NCBI GenBank assembly: GCA_964016885.1
Contig: OZ024741.1
Span: 375,100,001-375,164,000 of the forward strand
Source: Eledone cirrhosa
Taxonomy: Eukaryota
Direction of reading: 5' to 3'
DNA length: 64,000 nucleotides
Shown here: one piece after another, positions 24,645 through 38,950 of the stretch
Position numbering within the stretch: position 1 is the stretch's first letter
Layout of the letters: each line of letters begins with the position of its first letter
Made by a program: the position numbers and the translations under genes
The notes under the pieces: model-generated
The model's input: the letters and a program-made list of their open reading frames with translations, nothing else
What the model was told of the DNA's origin: nothing
Databases searched by the model: none

Positions 24645-27600
24645 GGCGGGTTGGTGTTGGTAGTGTTGGTGGTGTTGGTGGTGGTGTTGATAGTGTTGGT
24701 AGTGTTGGTGGTGGTGATGGTGGTGTTGGTAGTGTTGGTGGTGGTGTTGGTAGTGTTGGTGGTGGTGTTGGTGGTGTTGGTGGTGTTGGTGGTGGTGTTG
24801 GTAGTGTTGGTAGTGTTGGTGGTGGTGATGGTGGTGATGGTGGTGTTGGTGGTGGTGTTGGTAGTGTTGGTAGTGTTGGTGGTGGTGATGGTGGTCATGG
24901 TGGTGTTAGTAGTGTTGGTGGTGGTGTTGGTAGTGTTGGTGGTGGTGTTGGTGGTGTTGGTGGTGGTGTTGGTAGTGTTGGTGGTGGTGATGGTGGTGTT
25001 GGTAGTGTTGGTGGTGGTGATGGTGGTGTTGGTAGTGTTGGTTGTGTTGGTGGTGTTGGTGGTGGTGTTGGTAGGGTTGGTGGTGTTGGTGGTGGTGTTG
25101 GTAGTGTTGGTGGTGGTGATGGTGGTGTTGGTAGTGTTGGTTGTGTTGGTGGTGTTGGTGGTGGTGTTGGTAGTGTTGGTGGTGTTGGTGGTGGTGTTGG
25201 TAGTGTTGGTGGTGGTGATGGTGGTGTTGGTAGTGTTGGTTGTGTTGGTGGTGTTGGTGGTGGTGTTGGTAGTGGTGGTGGTGTTGGTGGTGGTGTTGGT
25301 AGTGTTGGTGGTGGTGATGGTGGTGTTGGTAGTGTTGGTGTGTTGGTGGTGTTGGTGGTGGTGTTGGTAGTGGTGGTGGTGTTGGTAGTGTTGGTACTGT
25401 TGGTGGTGGTGATGGTGGTGTTGGTAGTGTTGGTTGTGTTGGTGGTGTTGGTGGTGGTGTTGGTAGTGTTGGTGGTGTTGGTGGTGGTGTTGGTAGTGTT
25501 GGTGGTGGTGATGGTGGTGTTGGTAGTGTTGGTTGTGTTGGTGGTGTTGGTGGTAGTGTTGGTAGTGTTGATGGTGTTGGTGGAGGTGTTGGTGGTGTTG
25601 GTAGTGTTGGTGGTGGTGATGGTGGTGTTGGTAGTGTTGGTTGTGTTGGTGGTGTTGGTGGTGGTGTTGGTAGTGTTGGTGGTGTTGGTGGTGTTGTTGG
25701 TGTTGGTGGTATTGTTGTTGGTGGTGGTGGTGTTGGTGGTGTTGGTGGTGGTGTTGGTAGTGTTGGTGGTGTTGGTGGTGTTGATGGTGTTGGTAGTGTT
25801 GTTGGTGTTGGTGGTATTGTTGTTGTTGGTGGTGGTGTTGGTGGTGTTGGTGGTGTTGGTAGTGTTGGTGGTGTTGGTGGTGATGGTGGTGTTGGTAGTG
25901 TTGGTGGTGTTGTTGGTGTTGGTGGTGTTGTTGGTGGTGTTGGTGGTGTTGGTAGTGTTGGTGGTGTTGGTGGTGTTGGTGGTGGTGGTGATGGTGGTGT
26001 TGGTGGTGTTGGTTGTGTTGGTGGTGTTGGTGGTGTTGGTGGTGTTGGTGGTGATGGTGGTGTTGGTGGTGTTGGTGGTGGTGGTGATGGTGGTGTTGGT
26101 GGTGATGATGGTGTTGGTGGTGTTGGTGGTGGTGGTGGTGGTGATGGTGGTGTTAGTGGTGTTGGTTGTGATGGTGGTGATGGTGGTGTTGGTGGTGTTG
26201 GTAGTGTTGGTGGTGATGGTGGTGTTGATGGTGGTGATGGTGGTGTTGGTAGCGTTGGTTGTGATGGTGGTGTTGGTGGTGTTGGTGGTGTTGGTGGTGT
26301 TGGTGGTGGTGTTGGTAGTGTTGGTAGTGTTGGTAGTGTTGGTGCTGGTGATGGTGGTGTTGGTGATGTTGGTGGTGTTGGTGGTGTTGGTGGTGTTGGT
26401 GGTGTTGTTGGTGTTGGTGGTGTTGTTGGTGGTGTTGGTGGTGTTGGTAGTGTTGGTGGTGTTGGTGGTGTTGGTGGTGATGGTGGTGATGGTGGTGTTG
26501 GTGGTGTTGGTGGTGGTGGTTTTGGTGGTGTTGGTGGTGTTGGTGGTGGTGGTGATGGTGGTGTTGGTGGTGTTGGTTGTGATGGTGGTGATGGTGGTGG
26601 TGGTGGTGATGGTGGTGTTGGTGGTGTTGGTGGTGATGGTGGTGTTGATGGTGGTGATGGTGGTGTTGGTAGTGTTGGTGGTGTTGGTGGTGTTGGTGGT
26701 GTTGGTGGTGGTGATGGTGGTGTTGGTAGTGTTGGTGGTGTTGGTAGTGTTGGTGGTGTTGGTAGTGTTGGTTGTGATGGTGGTGTTGGTGGTGTTGGTG
26801 GTGTTGGTGGTGATGGTGGTGTTGGTGGTGTTGGTAGTGTTGGTGGTGTTGGTGGTGTTGGTGGTGTTGGTGGTGTTGGTTGTGATGGTGGTGATGATGG
26901 TGTTGGTAGTGTTGGTGGTGTTGGTGGTGTTGGTGGTGATGGTGGTGTTGGTGGTGTTGGTGGTGTTGTTGGTAGTGTTGGTTGTGTTGGTGGTGGTGAT
27001 GGTGGTGTTGGTGGTGTTGGTGGTGTTGGTGGTGATGGTGGTGTTGGTGGTGTTGGTGGTGTTGTTGGTAGTGTTGGTTGTGTTGGTGGTGGTGATGGTG
27101 GTGTTGGTGGTGTTGGTGGTGTTGGTGGTGTTGGTAGTGTTGGTGGTGTTGGTGGTGATGGTGGTGTTGGTGGTGTTGGTGGTGTTGTTGGTAGTGTTGG
27201 TTGTGTTGGTGGTGGTGATGGTGGTGTTGGTGGTGATGGTGGTGTTGGTGGTGTTGGTAGTGTTGGTGGTGTTGGTGGTGTTGGTGGTGTTGCTGGTGTT
27301 GGTGGTGTTGGTGGTGTTGGTAGTGTTGGTGGTGTTGGTGGTGATGGTGGTGTTGGTGGTGTTGGTGGTGTTGGTGGTGATGGTGGTGTTGGTGGTGATG
27401 GTGGTGTTGGTGGTGATGGTGGTGTTGGTGGTGTTGGTGGTGATGGTGGTGTTGGTAGTGTTGGTGTTGTTGGTAGTGTTGGTGGTTTGTTGGTGGTGTT
27501 TGTGGTGTTGGTAGTGTTGGTGGTGTTGGTGGTGTTGGTGGTGGGGATGGTGGTGTTGGTGGTGTTTGTGGTGTTGGTGGTGTTGGTGCTGGTGATGGTT

Positions 27601-30600
27601 GTGTTGGTGGTGTTGGTGGTGTTGGTGGTGTTGGTGGTGTTGGTGGTGTTGGTGGTGGTGATGGTGGTGTTGGTTGTGATGGTGGTGATGGTGGTGTTGG
27701 TAGTGTTGGCTGTCATGGTTGTGATGGTGGTGTTGGTGGTGTTGGTGGTGTTGGTGGTGTTTGTGGTGTTGGTAGTGCTGGTGGTGGTGATGGTGGTGTT
27801 GGTAGTGTTGGTTGTGTTGGTGGTGGTGTTGGTAGTGTTGGTGGTGGTGATGGTGGTGTTGGTAGTGTTGGTTGTGTTGGTGGTGTTGGTGGTGGTGTTG
27901 GTAGTGGTGGTGGTGTTGGTAGTGTTGGTAGTGTTGGTGGTGGTGATGGTGGTGTTGGTAGTGTTGGTTGTGTTGGTGGTGTTGGTGGTGGTGTTGGTAG
28001 TGTTGGTGGTGTTGGTGGTGGTGTTGGTAGTGTTGGTGGTGGTGATGGTGGTGTTGGTAGTGTTGGTTGTGTTGGTGGTGTTGGTGGTAGTGTTGGTAGT
28101 GTTGATGGTGTTGGTGGAGGTGTTGGTGGTGTTGGTAGTGTTGGTGGTGGTGATGGTGGTGTTGGTAGTGTTGGTTGTGTTGGTGGTGTTGGTGGTGGTG
28201 TTGGTAGTGTTGGTGGTGTTGGTGGTGTTGTTGGTGTTGGTGGTATTGTTGTTGGTGGTGGTGGTGTTGGTGGTGTTGGTGGTGGTGTTGGTAGTGTTGG
28301 TGGTGTTGGTGGTGTTGATGGTGTTGGTAGTGTTGTTGGTGTTGGTGGTATTGTTGTTGTTGGTGGTGGTGTTGGTGGTGTTGGTGGTGTTGGTAGTGTT
28401 GGTGGTGTTGGTGGTGATGGTGGTGTTGGTAGTGTTGGTGGTGTTGTTGGTGTTGGTGGTGTTGTTGGTGGTGTTGGTGGTGTTGGTAGTGTTGGTGGTG
28501 TTGGTGGTGTTGGTGGTGGTGGTGATGGTGGTGTTGGTGGTGTTGGTTGTGTTGGTGGTGTTGGTGGTGTTGGTGGTGTTGGTGGTGATGGTGGTGTTGG
28601 TGGTGTTGGTGGTGGTGGTGATGGTGGTGTTGGTGGTGATGATGGTGTTGGTGGTGTTGGTGGTGGTGGTGGTGGTGATGGTGGTGTTAGTGGTGTTGCT
28701 TGTGATGGTGGTAATGGTGGTGTTGGTGGTGTTGGTAGTGTTGGTGGTGATGGTGGTGTTGATGGTGGTGATGGTGGTGTTGGTAGCGTTGGTTGTGATG
28801 GTGGTGTTGGTGGTGTTGGTGGTGTTGGTGGTGTTGGTGGTGGTGATGGTGGTGTTGGTGATGTTGGTGGTGTTGGTGGTGTTGGTGGTGTTGGTGGTGT
28901 TGTTGGTGTTGGTGGTGTTGTTGGTGGTGTTGGTGGTGTTGGTAGTGTTGGTGGTGTTGGTGGTGTTGGTGGTGATGGTGGTGATGGTGGTGTTGGTGGT
29001 GTTGGTGGTGGTGGTGATGGTGGTGTTGGTGGTGTTGGTGGTGGTGGTGATGGTGGTGTTGGTGGTGTTGGTTGTGATGGTGGTGATGGTGGTGGTGGTG
29101 GTGATGGTGGTGTTGGTGGTGTTGGTGGTGATGGTGGTGTTGATGGTGGTGATGGTGGTGTTGGTAGTGTTGGTGGTGTTGGTGGTGTTGGTGGTGTTGG
29201 TGGTGGTGATGGTGGTGTTGGTAGTGTTGGTGGTGTTGGTAGTGTTGGTGGTGTTGGTAGTGTTGGTTGTGATGGTGGTGTTGGTGGTGTTGGTGGTGTT
29301 GGTGGTGATGGTGGTGTTGGTGGTGTTGGTAGTGTTGGTGGTGTTGGTGGTGTTGGTGGTGTTGGTGGTGTTGGTTGTGATGGTGGTGATGATGGTGTTG
29401 GTAGTGTTGGTGGTGTTGGTGGTGTTGGTTGTGATGGTGGTGTTGGTGGTGTTGGTGGTGTTGGTGGTGTTGGTGGTGGTGTTGGTAGTGTTGATGGTGT
29501 TGGTAGTGTTGGTAGTGTTGGTGGTGGTGATGGTGGTGTTGGTAGTGTTGGTTGTGTTGGTGGTGTTGGTGGTGGTGTTGGTAGTGTTGGTGGTGTTGGT
29601 GGTATTGTTGTTGGTGGTGGTGGTGTTGGTGGTGTTGGTGGTGGTGTTGGTAGTGTTGGTGGTGTTGGTGGTATTGTTGTTGGTGGTGGTGGTGTTGGTG
29701 GTGTTGGTGGTGGTGTTGGTAGTGTTGGTGGTGTTGGTGGTGTTGATGGTGTTGGTAGTGTTGGTGGTGTTGGTGGTATTGTTGTTGGTGTTGGTGGTGT
29801 TGGTGGTGTTGGTGGTGTTGGTGGTGGTGTTGGTAGTGTTGGTGGTGTTGATGGTGGTGGTGGTGTTGTTGTTGGTGGTGGTGATGGTGGTGTTGGTTGT
29901 GATGGTGGTGTTGATGGTGTTGGTTGTGTTGGTGGTGTTGGTGGTGTTGGTGGTGTTGGTGGTGATGGTGGTGATGGTGGTGTTGGTAGTGTTGTTGGTG
30001 TTGGTGGTGTTGGTGGTGTTAGTGGTGTTGGTAGTGTTGGTGTTGTTGGTAGTGTTGGTGGTGTTGGTGGTGTTGGTGGTGGTGATGGTGCTGTTGGTTG
30101 TCATGGTAGTGATGGTGGTGGTGTTGTTGTTGGTGGTGGTGGTGTTGGTGGTGTTGGTGATTTTGGTGGTGTTGATGGTGCTGGTAGTGTTGGTGCTGAT
30201 GGTGGTGATGGTGGTGTTGGTGGTGGTGTTGGTAGTATTGGTGATGTTGGTGGTGTTGATGGTGTTGGTAGTGTTGGTGCTGATGGTGGTGATGGTGGTG
30301 TTGGTGGTGTTGGTGGTGTTGGTGGTGTTGGTAGTGTTGGTGGTGTTGGTGGTGATGGTGGTGTTGGTAGATTTGGTGGTGTTGGTGGTGTTGTTGGTGT
30401 TGGTGGTGTTGTTGGTGGTGTTGGTGGTGTTGGTAGTGTTGGTGGTATTGGTGGTGTTGGTGGTGGTGGTGGTGATGGTGGTGTTGGTTGTGATGGTGGT
30501 GTTGGTGGTGTTGGTTGTGTTGGTGGTGATGGTGGTGATGGTGGTGTTGGTGGTGATGGTGGTGTTGGTGGTGATGATGGTGTTGGTGGTGTTGGTGGTG

Positions 30601-33600
30601 GTGGTGGTGGTGATGGTGGTGTTGGTGGTGTTGGTTGTGATGGTGGTGTTGGTAGCGTTGGTGGTGATGGTGGTGTTGATGGTGGTGATGGTGGTGTTGG
30701 TAGTGTTGGTGGTGTTGGTAGTGTTAGTGGTGATGGTGGTGTTGATGGTGGTGATGGTGGTGTTGGTAGTGTTGGTGGTTTTGGTAATGTTGGTGGTGTT
30801 GGTGGTGTTGGTGGTGGTGCTGGTGGTGGTGGTGGTGTTGGTGGTGTTGGTAGTGTTGGTGGTGTTGGTGGTGTTGGTAGTGTTGGTGGTGTTGGTAGTG
30901 TTGGTGGTGTTGGTGGTGTTGGTGGTTTTGGTGGTGTTGGTGGTGGTGGTGGTGGTGGTGGTGGTTCTGGTGGTGATGGTGGTGATAGTGGTGTTGGTGG
31001 TGTTGGTGGTGTTGGTGGTGATGGTGGTGTTGGTGGTTTTGTTGTTGTTGGTGGTGTTGGTGGTGTTGGTGGTGATGGTGGTGTTGGTGGTGTTGGTGGT
31101 GATGGTGGTGTTGGTGGTGATGGTGGTGTTGGTGGTGATGCTGGTGTTGGTGGTGTTGGTGGTGTTGGTGGTGTTGGTAGTGCTGGTGGTGTTGGTGTTG
31201 ATGGCGGTATTGTTGTTGGTAGTGGTGTTGGTGGTGTTGGTGGTGTTTGTGGTGTTGGTAGTGCTGGTGGTGATGGTGGTGATGGTGGTGTTGGTGGTGA
31301 TGGTGGTGATGGTGGTGTTGGTGGTGTTGGTGGTGTTGGTGGTGATGGTGGTGATGGTGGTGATGGTGGTGTTGGTGGTGTTGGTGGTGATGGTGGTGTT
31401 GGTGGTGTTGGTGGTGATGGTGGTGATGGTGGTGTTGGTGGTGATGGTGGTGTTGGTGGCGGTGTTGGTGGTGTTGGTGGTGTTGGTGGTGTTGGTGGTG
31501 TTGGTGGTGGTGTTGGTGGTGTTGGTGGTGTTGGTGGTGATGGTGGTGTTGGTGGTGATGGTGGTGATGGTGGTGTTGGTGGTGTTGGTGGTGTTGGTGG
31601 TGTTGGTGCTGGTGATGGTTGTGTTGGTGGTGTTGGTGGTGTTGGTGGTGTTGGTAGTGTTGGTGGTGATGGTGGTGTTGGTGGTGGTGGTGGTGTTGGT
31701 GTTGTTGGTGGTGATGGTGGTGTTGGTGGTGTTGGTGGTGTTGGTGGTGTTGGTGGTGATGGTGGTGATGGTGGTGATGGTGGTGTTGGTGGTGTTGGTG
31801 GTGTTGGTGGTGTTGGTGGTGATGGTGGTGTTGGTGGTGTTGGTGGTGTTGTTGGTGTTGGTGGTGTTGTTGGTGGTGTTGGTGGTGTTGGTAGTGTTGG
31901 TGGTATTGGTGGTGTTGGTGGTGGTGGTGGTGGTGATGGTGGTGTTGGTTGTGATGGTGGTGTTGGTGGTGTTGGTTGTGTTGGTGGTGATGGTGGTGAT
32001 GGTGGTGTTGGTGGTGATGGTGGTGTTGGTGGTGATGATGGTGTTGGTGGTGTTGGTGGTGGTGGTGGTGGTGATGGTGGTGTTGGTGGTGTTGGTTGTG
32101 ATGGTGGTGTTGGTAGTGTTGGTGGTGATGGTGGTGTTGATGGTGGTGATGGTGGTGTTGGTAGTGTTGGTGGTGTTGGTAGTGTTGGTGGTGATGGTGG
32201 TGTTGATGGTGGTGATGGTGGTGTTGGTAGTGTTGGTGGTTTTGGTAGTGTTGGTGGTGTTGGTGGTGTTGGTGGTGGTGCTGGTGGTGGTGGTGGTGGT
32301 GGTGGTTTTGGTGGTGATGGTGGTGATAGTGGTGTTGGTGGTGTTGGTGGTGTTGGTGGTGGTGCTGGTGGTGGTGGTGGTGTTGGTGGTGTTGGTGGTG
32401 ATGGTGGTGTTGGTGGTGTTGGTAGTGTTGGTGGTGTTGGTAGTGTTGGTGGTGTTGGTGGTATTGGTGGTTTTGGTGGTGTTGGTGGTGGTGGTGGTGG
32501 TGGTGGTGGTTTTGGTGGTGATGGTGGTGATAGTGGTGTTGGTGGTGTTGGTGGTGTTGGTGGTGATGGTGGTGTTGGTGGTTTTGTTGTTGTTGGTGGT
32601 GTTGGTGGTGTTGGTGGTGATGGTGGTGTTGGTGGTGTTGGTGGTGTTGGTGGTGTTGGTGGTGATGGTGGTGTTGGTGGTGATGCTGGTGTTGGTGGTG
32701 TTGGTGGTGTTGGTGGTGGTGATGGTGGTGTTGGTGGTGTTTGTGGTGTTGGTGGTGTTGGTGCTGGTGATGGTTGTGTTGGTGGTGTTGGTGGTGTTGG
32801 TGGTGTTGGTGGTGTTGGTGGTGTTGGTGGTGGTGATGGTGGTGTTGGTTGTGATGGTGGTGATGGTGGTGTTGGTAGTGTTGGCTGTCATGGTTGTGAT
32901 GGTGGTGTTGGTGGTGTTGGTGGTGTTGGTGGTGTTGGTAGTGCTGGTGGTGTTGGTGTTGATGGTGGTATTGTTGTTGGTAGTGGTGTTGGTGGTGTTG
33001 GTGGTGTTTGTGGTGTTGGTAGTGCTGGTGGTGATGGTGGTGATGGTGGTGTTGGTGGTGATGGTGGTGATGGTGGTGTTGGTGGTGTTGGTGGTGTTGG
33101 TGGTGATGGTGGTGATGGTGGTGATGGTGGTGTTGGTGGTGTTGGTGGTGTTGGTGGTGATGGTGGTGATGGTGGTGTTGGTGGTGATGGTGGTGTTGGT
33201 GGCGGTGTTGGTGGTGTTGGTGGTGTTGGTGGTGTTGGTGGTGTTGGTGGTGGTGTTGGTGGTGTTGGTGGTGTTGGTGGTGATGGTGGTGTTGGTGGTG
33301 ATGGTGGTGATGGTGGTGTTGGTGGTGTTGGTGGTGTTGGTGGTGTTGGTGCTGGTGATGGTTGTGTTGGTGGTGTTGGTGGTGTTGGTGGTGTTGGTAG
33401 TGTTGGTGGTGATGGTGGTGTTGGTGGTGGTGGTGGTGTTGGTGTTGTTGGTGGTGATGGTGGTGTTGGTGGTGTTGGTGGTGTTGGTGGTGTTGGTGGT
33501 GATGGTGGTGATGGTGGTGATGGTGGTGTTGGTGGTGTTGGTGGTGTTGGTGGTGTTGGTGGTGATGGTGGTGTTGGTGGTGTTGGTGGTGTTGGTGGTG

Positions 33601-35345
33601 ATGGTGGTGTTGGTGGTGGTGGTGGTGTTGGTGGTGTTGGTAGTGTTGGTGGTGATGGTGGTGTTGGTGGTGGTGGTGGTGTTGGTGGTGTTGGTGGTGT
33701 TGGTGGTGATGGTGGTGTTGGTGGTGTTGGTGGTGTTGGTGGTGATGGTGGTGTTGGTGGTGTTGGTGTTGTTGGTGGTGTTGGTGGTGGTGGTGGTGTT
33801 GGTGGTGTTGGTAGTGTTGGTGGTGATGGTGGTGTTGGTGGTGGTGGTGGTGTTGGTGGTGTTGGTAGTGTTGGTGGTGTTGGTGGTGATGGTGGTGATG
33901 GTGGTGTTGGTGGTGTTGGTGGTGATGGTGGTGTTGGTGGTGATGGTGGTGATGGTGGTGTTGGTGGTGTTGGTGGTGTTGGTGGTGTTGGTGCTGGTGA
34001 TGGTTGTGTTGGTGGTGTTGGTGGTGTTGGTGGTGTTGGTGGTGTTGGTGGTGTTGGTGGTGGTGATGGTAGTGTTGGTTGTGATGGTGGTGATGGTGGT
34101 GTTGGTAGTGTTGGCTGTCATGGTTGTGATGGTGGTGTTGGTGGTGTTGGTGGTGGTGATGGTGGTGTTGGTTGTGATGGTGGTGTTGGTTGTGATGGTG
34201 GTGATGCTGGTGTTGGTAGTGTTGGCTGTCATGGTTGTGATGGTGGTGTTGGTGGTGTTGGTGGTGTTTGTGGTGTTGGTGGTGCTGGTGGTGTTGGTGT
34301 TGGTGGTGTTGGTAGTGTTGGTGGTGATGGTGGTGTTGGTGGTGGTGGTGGTGTTGTTGTTGGTAGTGGTGTTGGTGGTGATGGTGGTGATGGTGGTGTT
34401 GGTGGTGCTGGTGGTGTTGGTGGTGTTGGTGGTGGTGATGGTGGTGTTGGTTGTGATGGTGGTGTTGGTGGTGTTGGTAGTGTTGGCTGTCATGGTTGTG
34501 ATGGTGGTGTTGGTGGTGTTGGTGGTGATGGTGGTGTTTGTGGTGCTGGTGGTGTTGGTGGTGTTGGTGGTGGTGATGGTGGTGTTGGTTGTGATGGTGG
34601 TGATGGTGGTGTTGGTAGTGTTGGCTGTCATGGTTGTGATGGTGGTGTTGGTGGTGTTGGTGGTGTTGGCTGTCATGGTTGTGATGGTGGTGTTGGTGGT
34701 GATGGTGGTGATGGTGGTGTTGGTAGTGTTGGCTGTCATGGTTGTGATGGTGGTGTTGGTGGTGATGGTGGTGATGGTGGTGTTGGTGGTGCTGGTGGTG
34801 TTGGTGGTGGTGATGGTGGTGTTGGTTGTGATGGTGGTGATGGTGGTGTTGGTGGTGCTGGTGGTGTTGGTGGTGTTGGTGGTGGTGATGGTGGTGTTGG
34901 TTGTGATGGTGGTGATGGTGGTGTTGGTAGTGTTGGCTGTCATGGTTGTGATGGTGGTGTTGGTGGTGATGGTGGTGATGGTGGTGTTGGTGGTGCTGGT
35001 GGTGTTGGTGGTGTTGGTGGTGGTGATGGTGGTGTTGGTTGTGATGGTGGTGATGGTGGTGTTGGTAGTGTTGGCTGTCATGGTTGTGATGGTGGTGTTG
35101 GTGGTGTTGGTGGTGTTGGTGGTGTTTGTGGTGTTGGTGGTGCTGGTGGTGTTGGTGGTGATGGTGGTGATGGTGGTGATGGTGGTGTTGGTAGTGTTGG
35201 CTGTCATGGTTGTGATGGTGGTGTTGGTGGTGTTGGTGGTGTTGGTGGTGTTTGTGGTGTTGGTGGTGCTGGTGGTGTTGGTGGTGATGGTGGTGATGGT
35301 GGTGATGGTGGTGTTGGTGGTGTTGGTGATTGTTGTGGCGGTGGG
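24645..35345. repeat. 10.7-kb compound repeat built on GGTGGTGTT / GGTGGTGAT 9-mers with larger internal duplications
   Basis: directly visible; phase shifts noted near 25338 and 27487. Confidence 0.97.
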
Positions 35346-35437
35346 GGTGTGGGGTGGGAATGGGGGTGCGGTTTACCTTACCTCGGAGAAACATTGTCAA
35401 AAACTATCATCACGCTACTCCATTTGCATCAAACAGA

Positions 35438-35496
<59 letters not shown>

Positions 35497-35569
35497 ACAA
35501 ATATACATATATTTATGCACTAACTAGCATATGAAAATATACTATCACCTATACATCTCCCCCACCCCC

Positions 35570-35608
<39 letters not shown>

Positions 35609-36310
35609 CAAACAAACATACATACATAAATACATAAATACATTCATACATACATGCAAACATGCATTCATACATACATACGTATATACAAACATACATA
35701 AATATATAAATATGTATACGAACAGACACAAAACACATAGCCACATGCTGATATGCACACATGCGTGCAATAGGGCACACACGAGCAGAAAAATGCACGT
35801 GTTCGAGCACACATGCACAGACACACATCTATAAACATATGGTTGTTGATATACATAAATAAGAGCTCATACACACATCCGTACACACACATACAAGCAC
35901 ACCTCTAATCTCTTGCACACACATGCATATGTATGCACAACCACATATTGACATATTGAAGTCACACACAGACACACACACACACGTTCACAGACACACA
36001 CGCACACATATATACACACTCACACACACACAAGTATACACATACAGTCAGATTCGTTACACATAGAATCACATACAAGTAAATACACACAGGCTCTCAC
36101 TCACACACATAGAATGTGTGTGCAGGTGTGTGTTGGTCTGCCGTTGGTTCCAACGATGAGTGTTTTAGTTGTTTCATCAATGGAACAACTTGCTCAGGAA
36201 ATTAGCGTGCAAGTGGCTGAGCATTCTGTAGACATATGTGTATCCTAAACAGAAAATTGTCAGTGTGTGATATGGGTGGTGTTTTGTATTACAGCTACAA
36301 CTTATTTTGT

Positions 36311-36391
<81 letters not shown>

Positions 36392-36509
36392 AAACACAAA
36401 CTCACACACACACATAGACACACACACTCACAAATACACAAATACATGCTCACACATACTAATACACCCACAAACACATACACATATGTAAACATACAGA
36501 CATGTAGAT

Positions 36510-36725
36510 AATACTGGTTTCTGATTTAGACACAAGGCCAACTATTTTGGGGGTAGGGGAAAGTCGATTAAATTGACCCGAGTACGTTACTGGTACTTTA
36601 TTTTATCGACCCCGTAAGGATGAAAGGCAAAGCTAACCACGGCGAGATTTGAACTGCGGACGTAAAGGGCCGTAACTCTATGCCACGAAGCATGTTGTTT
36701 GACACCCTACCGACACTGCCAATTG
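36510..36725 (-). mobile_element. tRNA-derived SINE
   Basis: same family as 5810-6970. Confidence 0.8.
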
Positions 36726-37049
36726 GTATATTTCTACTGGGCAGCCTTGGTTCCCTTTCATGATAGAGAAGGTTGGTAAACAGACTACTCGGTAGATAAG
36801 CGCCTTGTCATGGAGATTAAGGTGGTTGTTTCGAAATCTTATCTTTCTGAGCTTTACAAAGGAAACAGTTGCCTGAAGCTGGTTTGATCTCCAGGTGTTC
36901 AGTGTAGAGGTTTTTGGGGAATGCTGCTGCCTAATTATCTGAATTCTGTGGATGTGCTCATTTGTTGTGTTGATCCGAGAAAACAGAGGGGAGATAAGTT
37001 AGTGCAATGCGTCAGTGACAGACGAACTCAATTTCCTGGTAGCTAACTG

Positions 37050-37160
37050 TGTATGACTTCGGGGTTAGAAAATTGGATTCGCAACCGTGGGGTTGCGTTT
37101 TTGATTCCTGGACCAGACGACGCGTTATGTCCTTGAGCAAGACACCTCATTTCCAGGAAG
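37050..37160 (+). mobile_element. second tRNA-derived SINE type with CORE-like segment
   Basis: TTGATTCC B-box remnant followed by TGTCCTTGAGCAAGACAC. Confidence 0.5.
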
Positions 37161-37899
37161 CGACCGGTAGAGAGTACCAGCAATGGAAATACCAATGGAA
37201 ATATTGTTTCCTTGGTCTGATATGACGAGTTCCTCCCCAATTGGTTAGCGAGTGAAGTGTGGGATCTTGTCGATTTATTTCCTATTCGTTTTTCTATGTC
37301 GTTTTTCTAAACAGTATCGGCTTCTGAGATAGTGGCTTGTAGGGCATTCTGGGATGTAGACAACCAGAACACTAGTCCCAGGCTCTGGTGCTTGGGGAAT
37401 GAAGGTAGGGGATTTGCAATAATTCTAAAGAAGAGTTTCGGAATAAGCATAACACTGTAAAGTTTTCTAAATCTGAGGATGGACTATTGAAAAGTAGGGA
37501 GCAGTGCCATTCAATGCCTCCCCCTGCGCCCTACTTGGCAACTGATTCACGGTTTAATAATAGGTTCATGTCTGAGCTAATGGTGGCCTAAAGCGTTCTG
37601 ATATTGAAAAGGCTCCCCTCAAATCGGAAGTTAATAGTGACTCCAACCCCCATCTCCATTATCCAACTGTGACCATAAAGACGAGGAAGATATTAAACAG
37701 TACAGGATGTAAAACACAGCTTTGCCTAACTCCCATTTGTACACAGAATGGTCAAGATTTTTACTCCTTAACAGCTGCCATATCGCTGTATGGAAATAGT
37801 GGTCGAAATTTAGGAGGGTAACGGAACTTTCTGAGACCACCTCAGAGAAGTTTTATGTCAAAGGTGTCAGGCATCTTTGACAGATCCACAAATACAATG

Positions 37900-38950
37900 G
37901 ACAGGCTATTTCATATGTCAAATAAACATGTCGGAGCTTTCATCGACCTCAGTAAAGCTCTCCACTCTGTTGATCATAGAATACTCATAAAAAATCTTGA
38001 AAATTAGGGAATTACTGGGAAAGAACTATCATGGTTCTAAAGTTACTTAGGTAATAGATACCAGTTTGTGCAAATTGATGACACTGGACTCGAGTACAAA
38101 CCAATATTTTGGGGGTGTTTCTCAAGGTTCAATATTAGGTTCCCTCATTTTTCTTATACATGTGAACGATATGCACCATGCAGTTCTACTTCTAAATGTT
38201 ATCATGTTTGCTGATGATAAGAATCTTTTCTTAGATGGTAAAGAAATGAACAATCAATTATCATTTATAAATGACTGGTATTCAGGAAATAAGCTTTCTC
38301 TTAACGTAGATTAAACTAAGTACATTCTATTCTCTTCATCAGCTAATAACGACAATCTGCTTTTAAGCCCCTAAAACTTCATTTTAGCTTAAAAGAAGTC
38401 AAAAGGTCCAGATATATTCTGGGAATCCTTAGTGACGAAAATTTGAATTGGAAATTGTAGTTTCAAGCAATAGAATCCAAACTATCTACACAAATTGAAT
38501 AATCTGAAGGGGTCTAAGTTTATGGACATCAAAGCGATGAAAATGTTATATTTTCCTTTGTTAATCCATATTTAATATACGGTAACCTAGCTTGGGTAGT
38601 GGCAAGAAGTAGTGGTAAATTTCGTACTTTACAAAAGCTTGTAGTCAGGATTATATCAAAGGCTCCCAGTAGCTCCCACTTTCGGTCTTTAATGCTTGAT
38701 AATAAAATGCTACACATGAAATAAATTTAGCTGTTCAATTGAGTTTATCATAACTCTACACCAAAATGAGTTCAAGAAAAAATTTATAAAAAATATTCAC
38801 AAACCCCGACGAAGTATTCTAGGACATCATCCAAATAAAATAGTTATGCCATAACAAAATTTGATAAATTAGCTACCCCTATCGTGTACCAGTTGTCTGG
38901 AATCATTTTGTGTGTAAAGGTGCAGCTCTTCCAGACCCCAAAGATGTATA
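37900..38950 (+). pseudogene. decayed CR1/L2-group LINE reverse transcriptase
   Basis: FIDLSKA, GVSQGSILG.LIFLIHVND, MFADD, NKLSLNV with stops and frameshifts. Confidence 0.85.
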
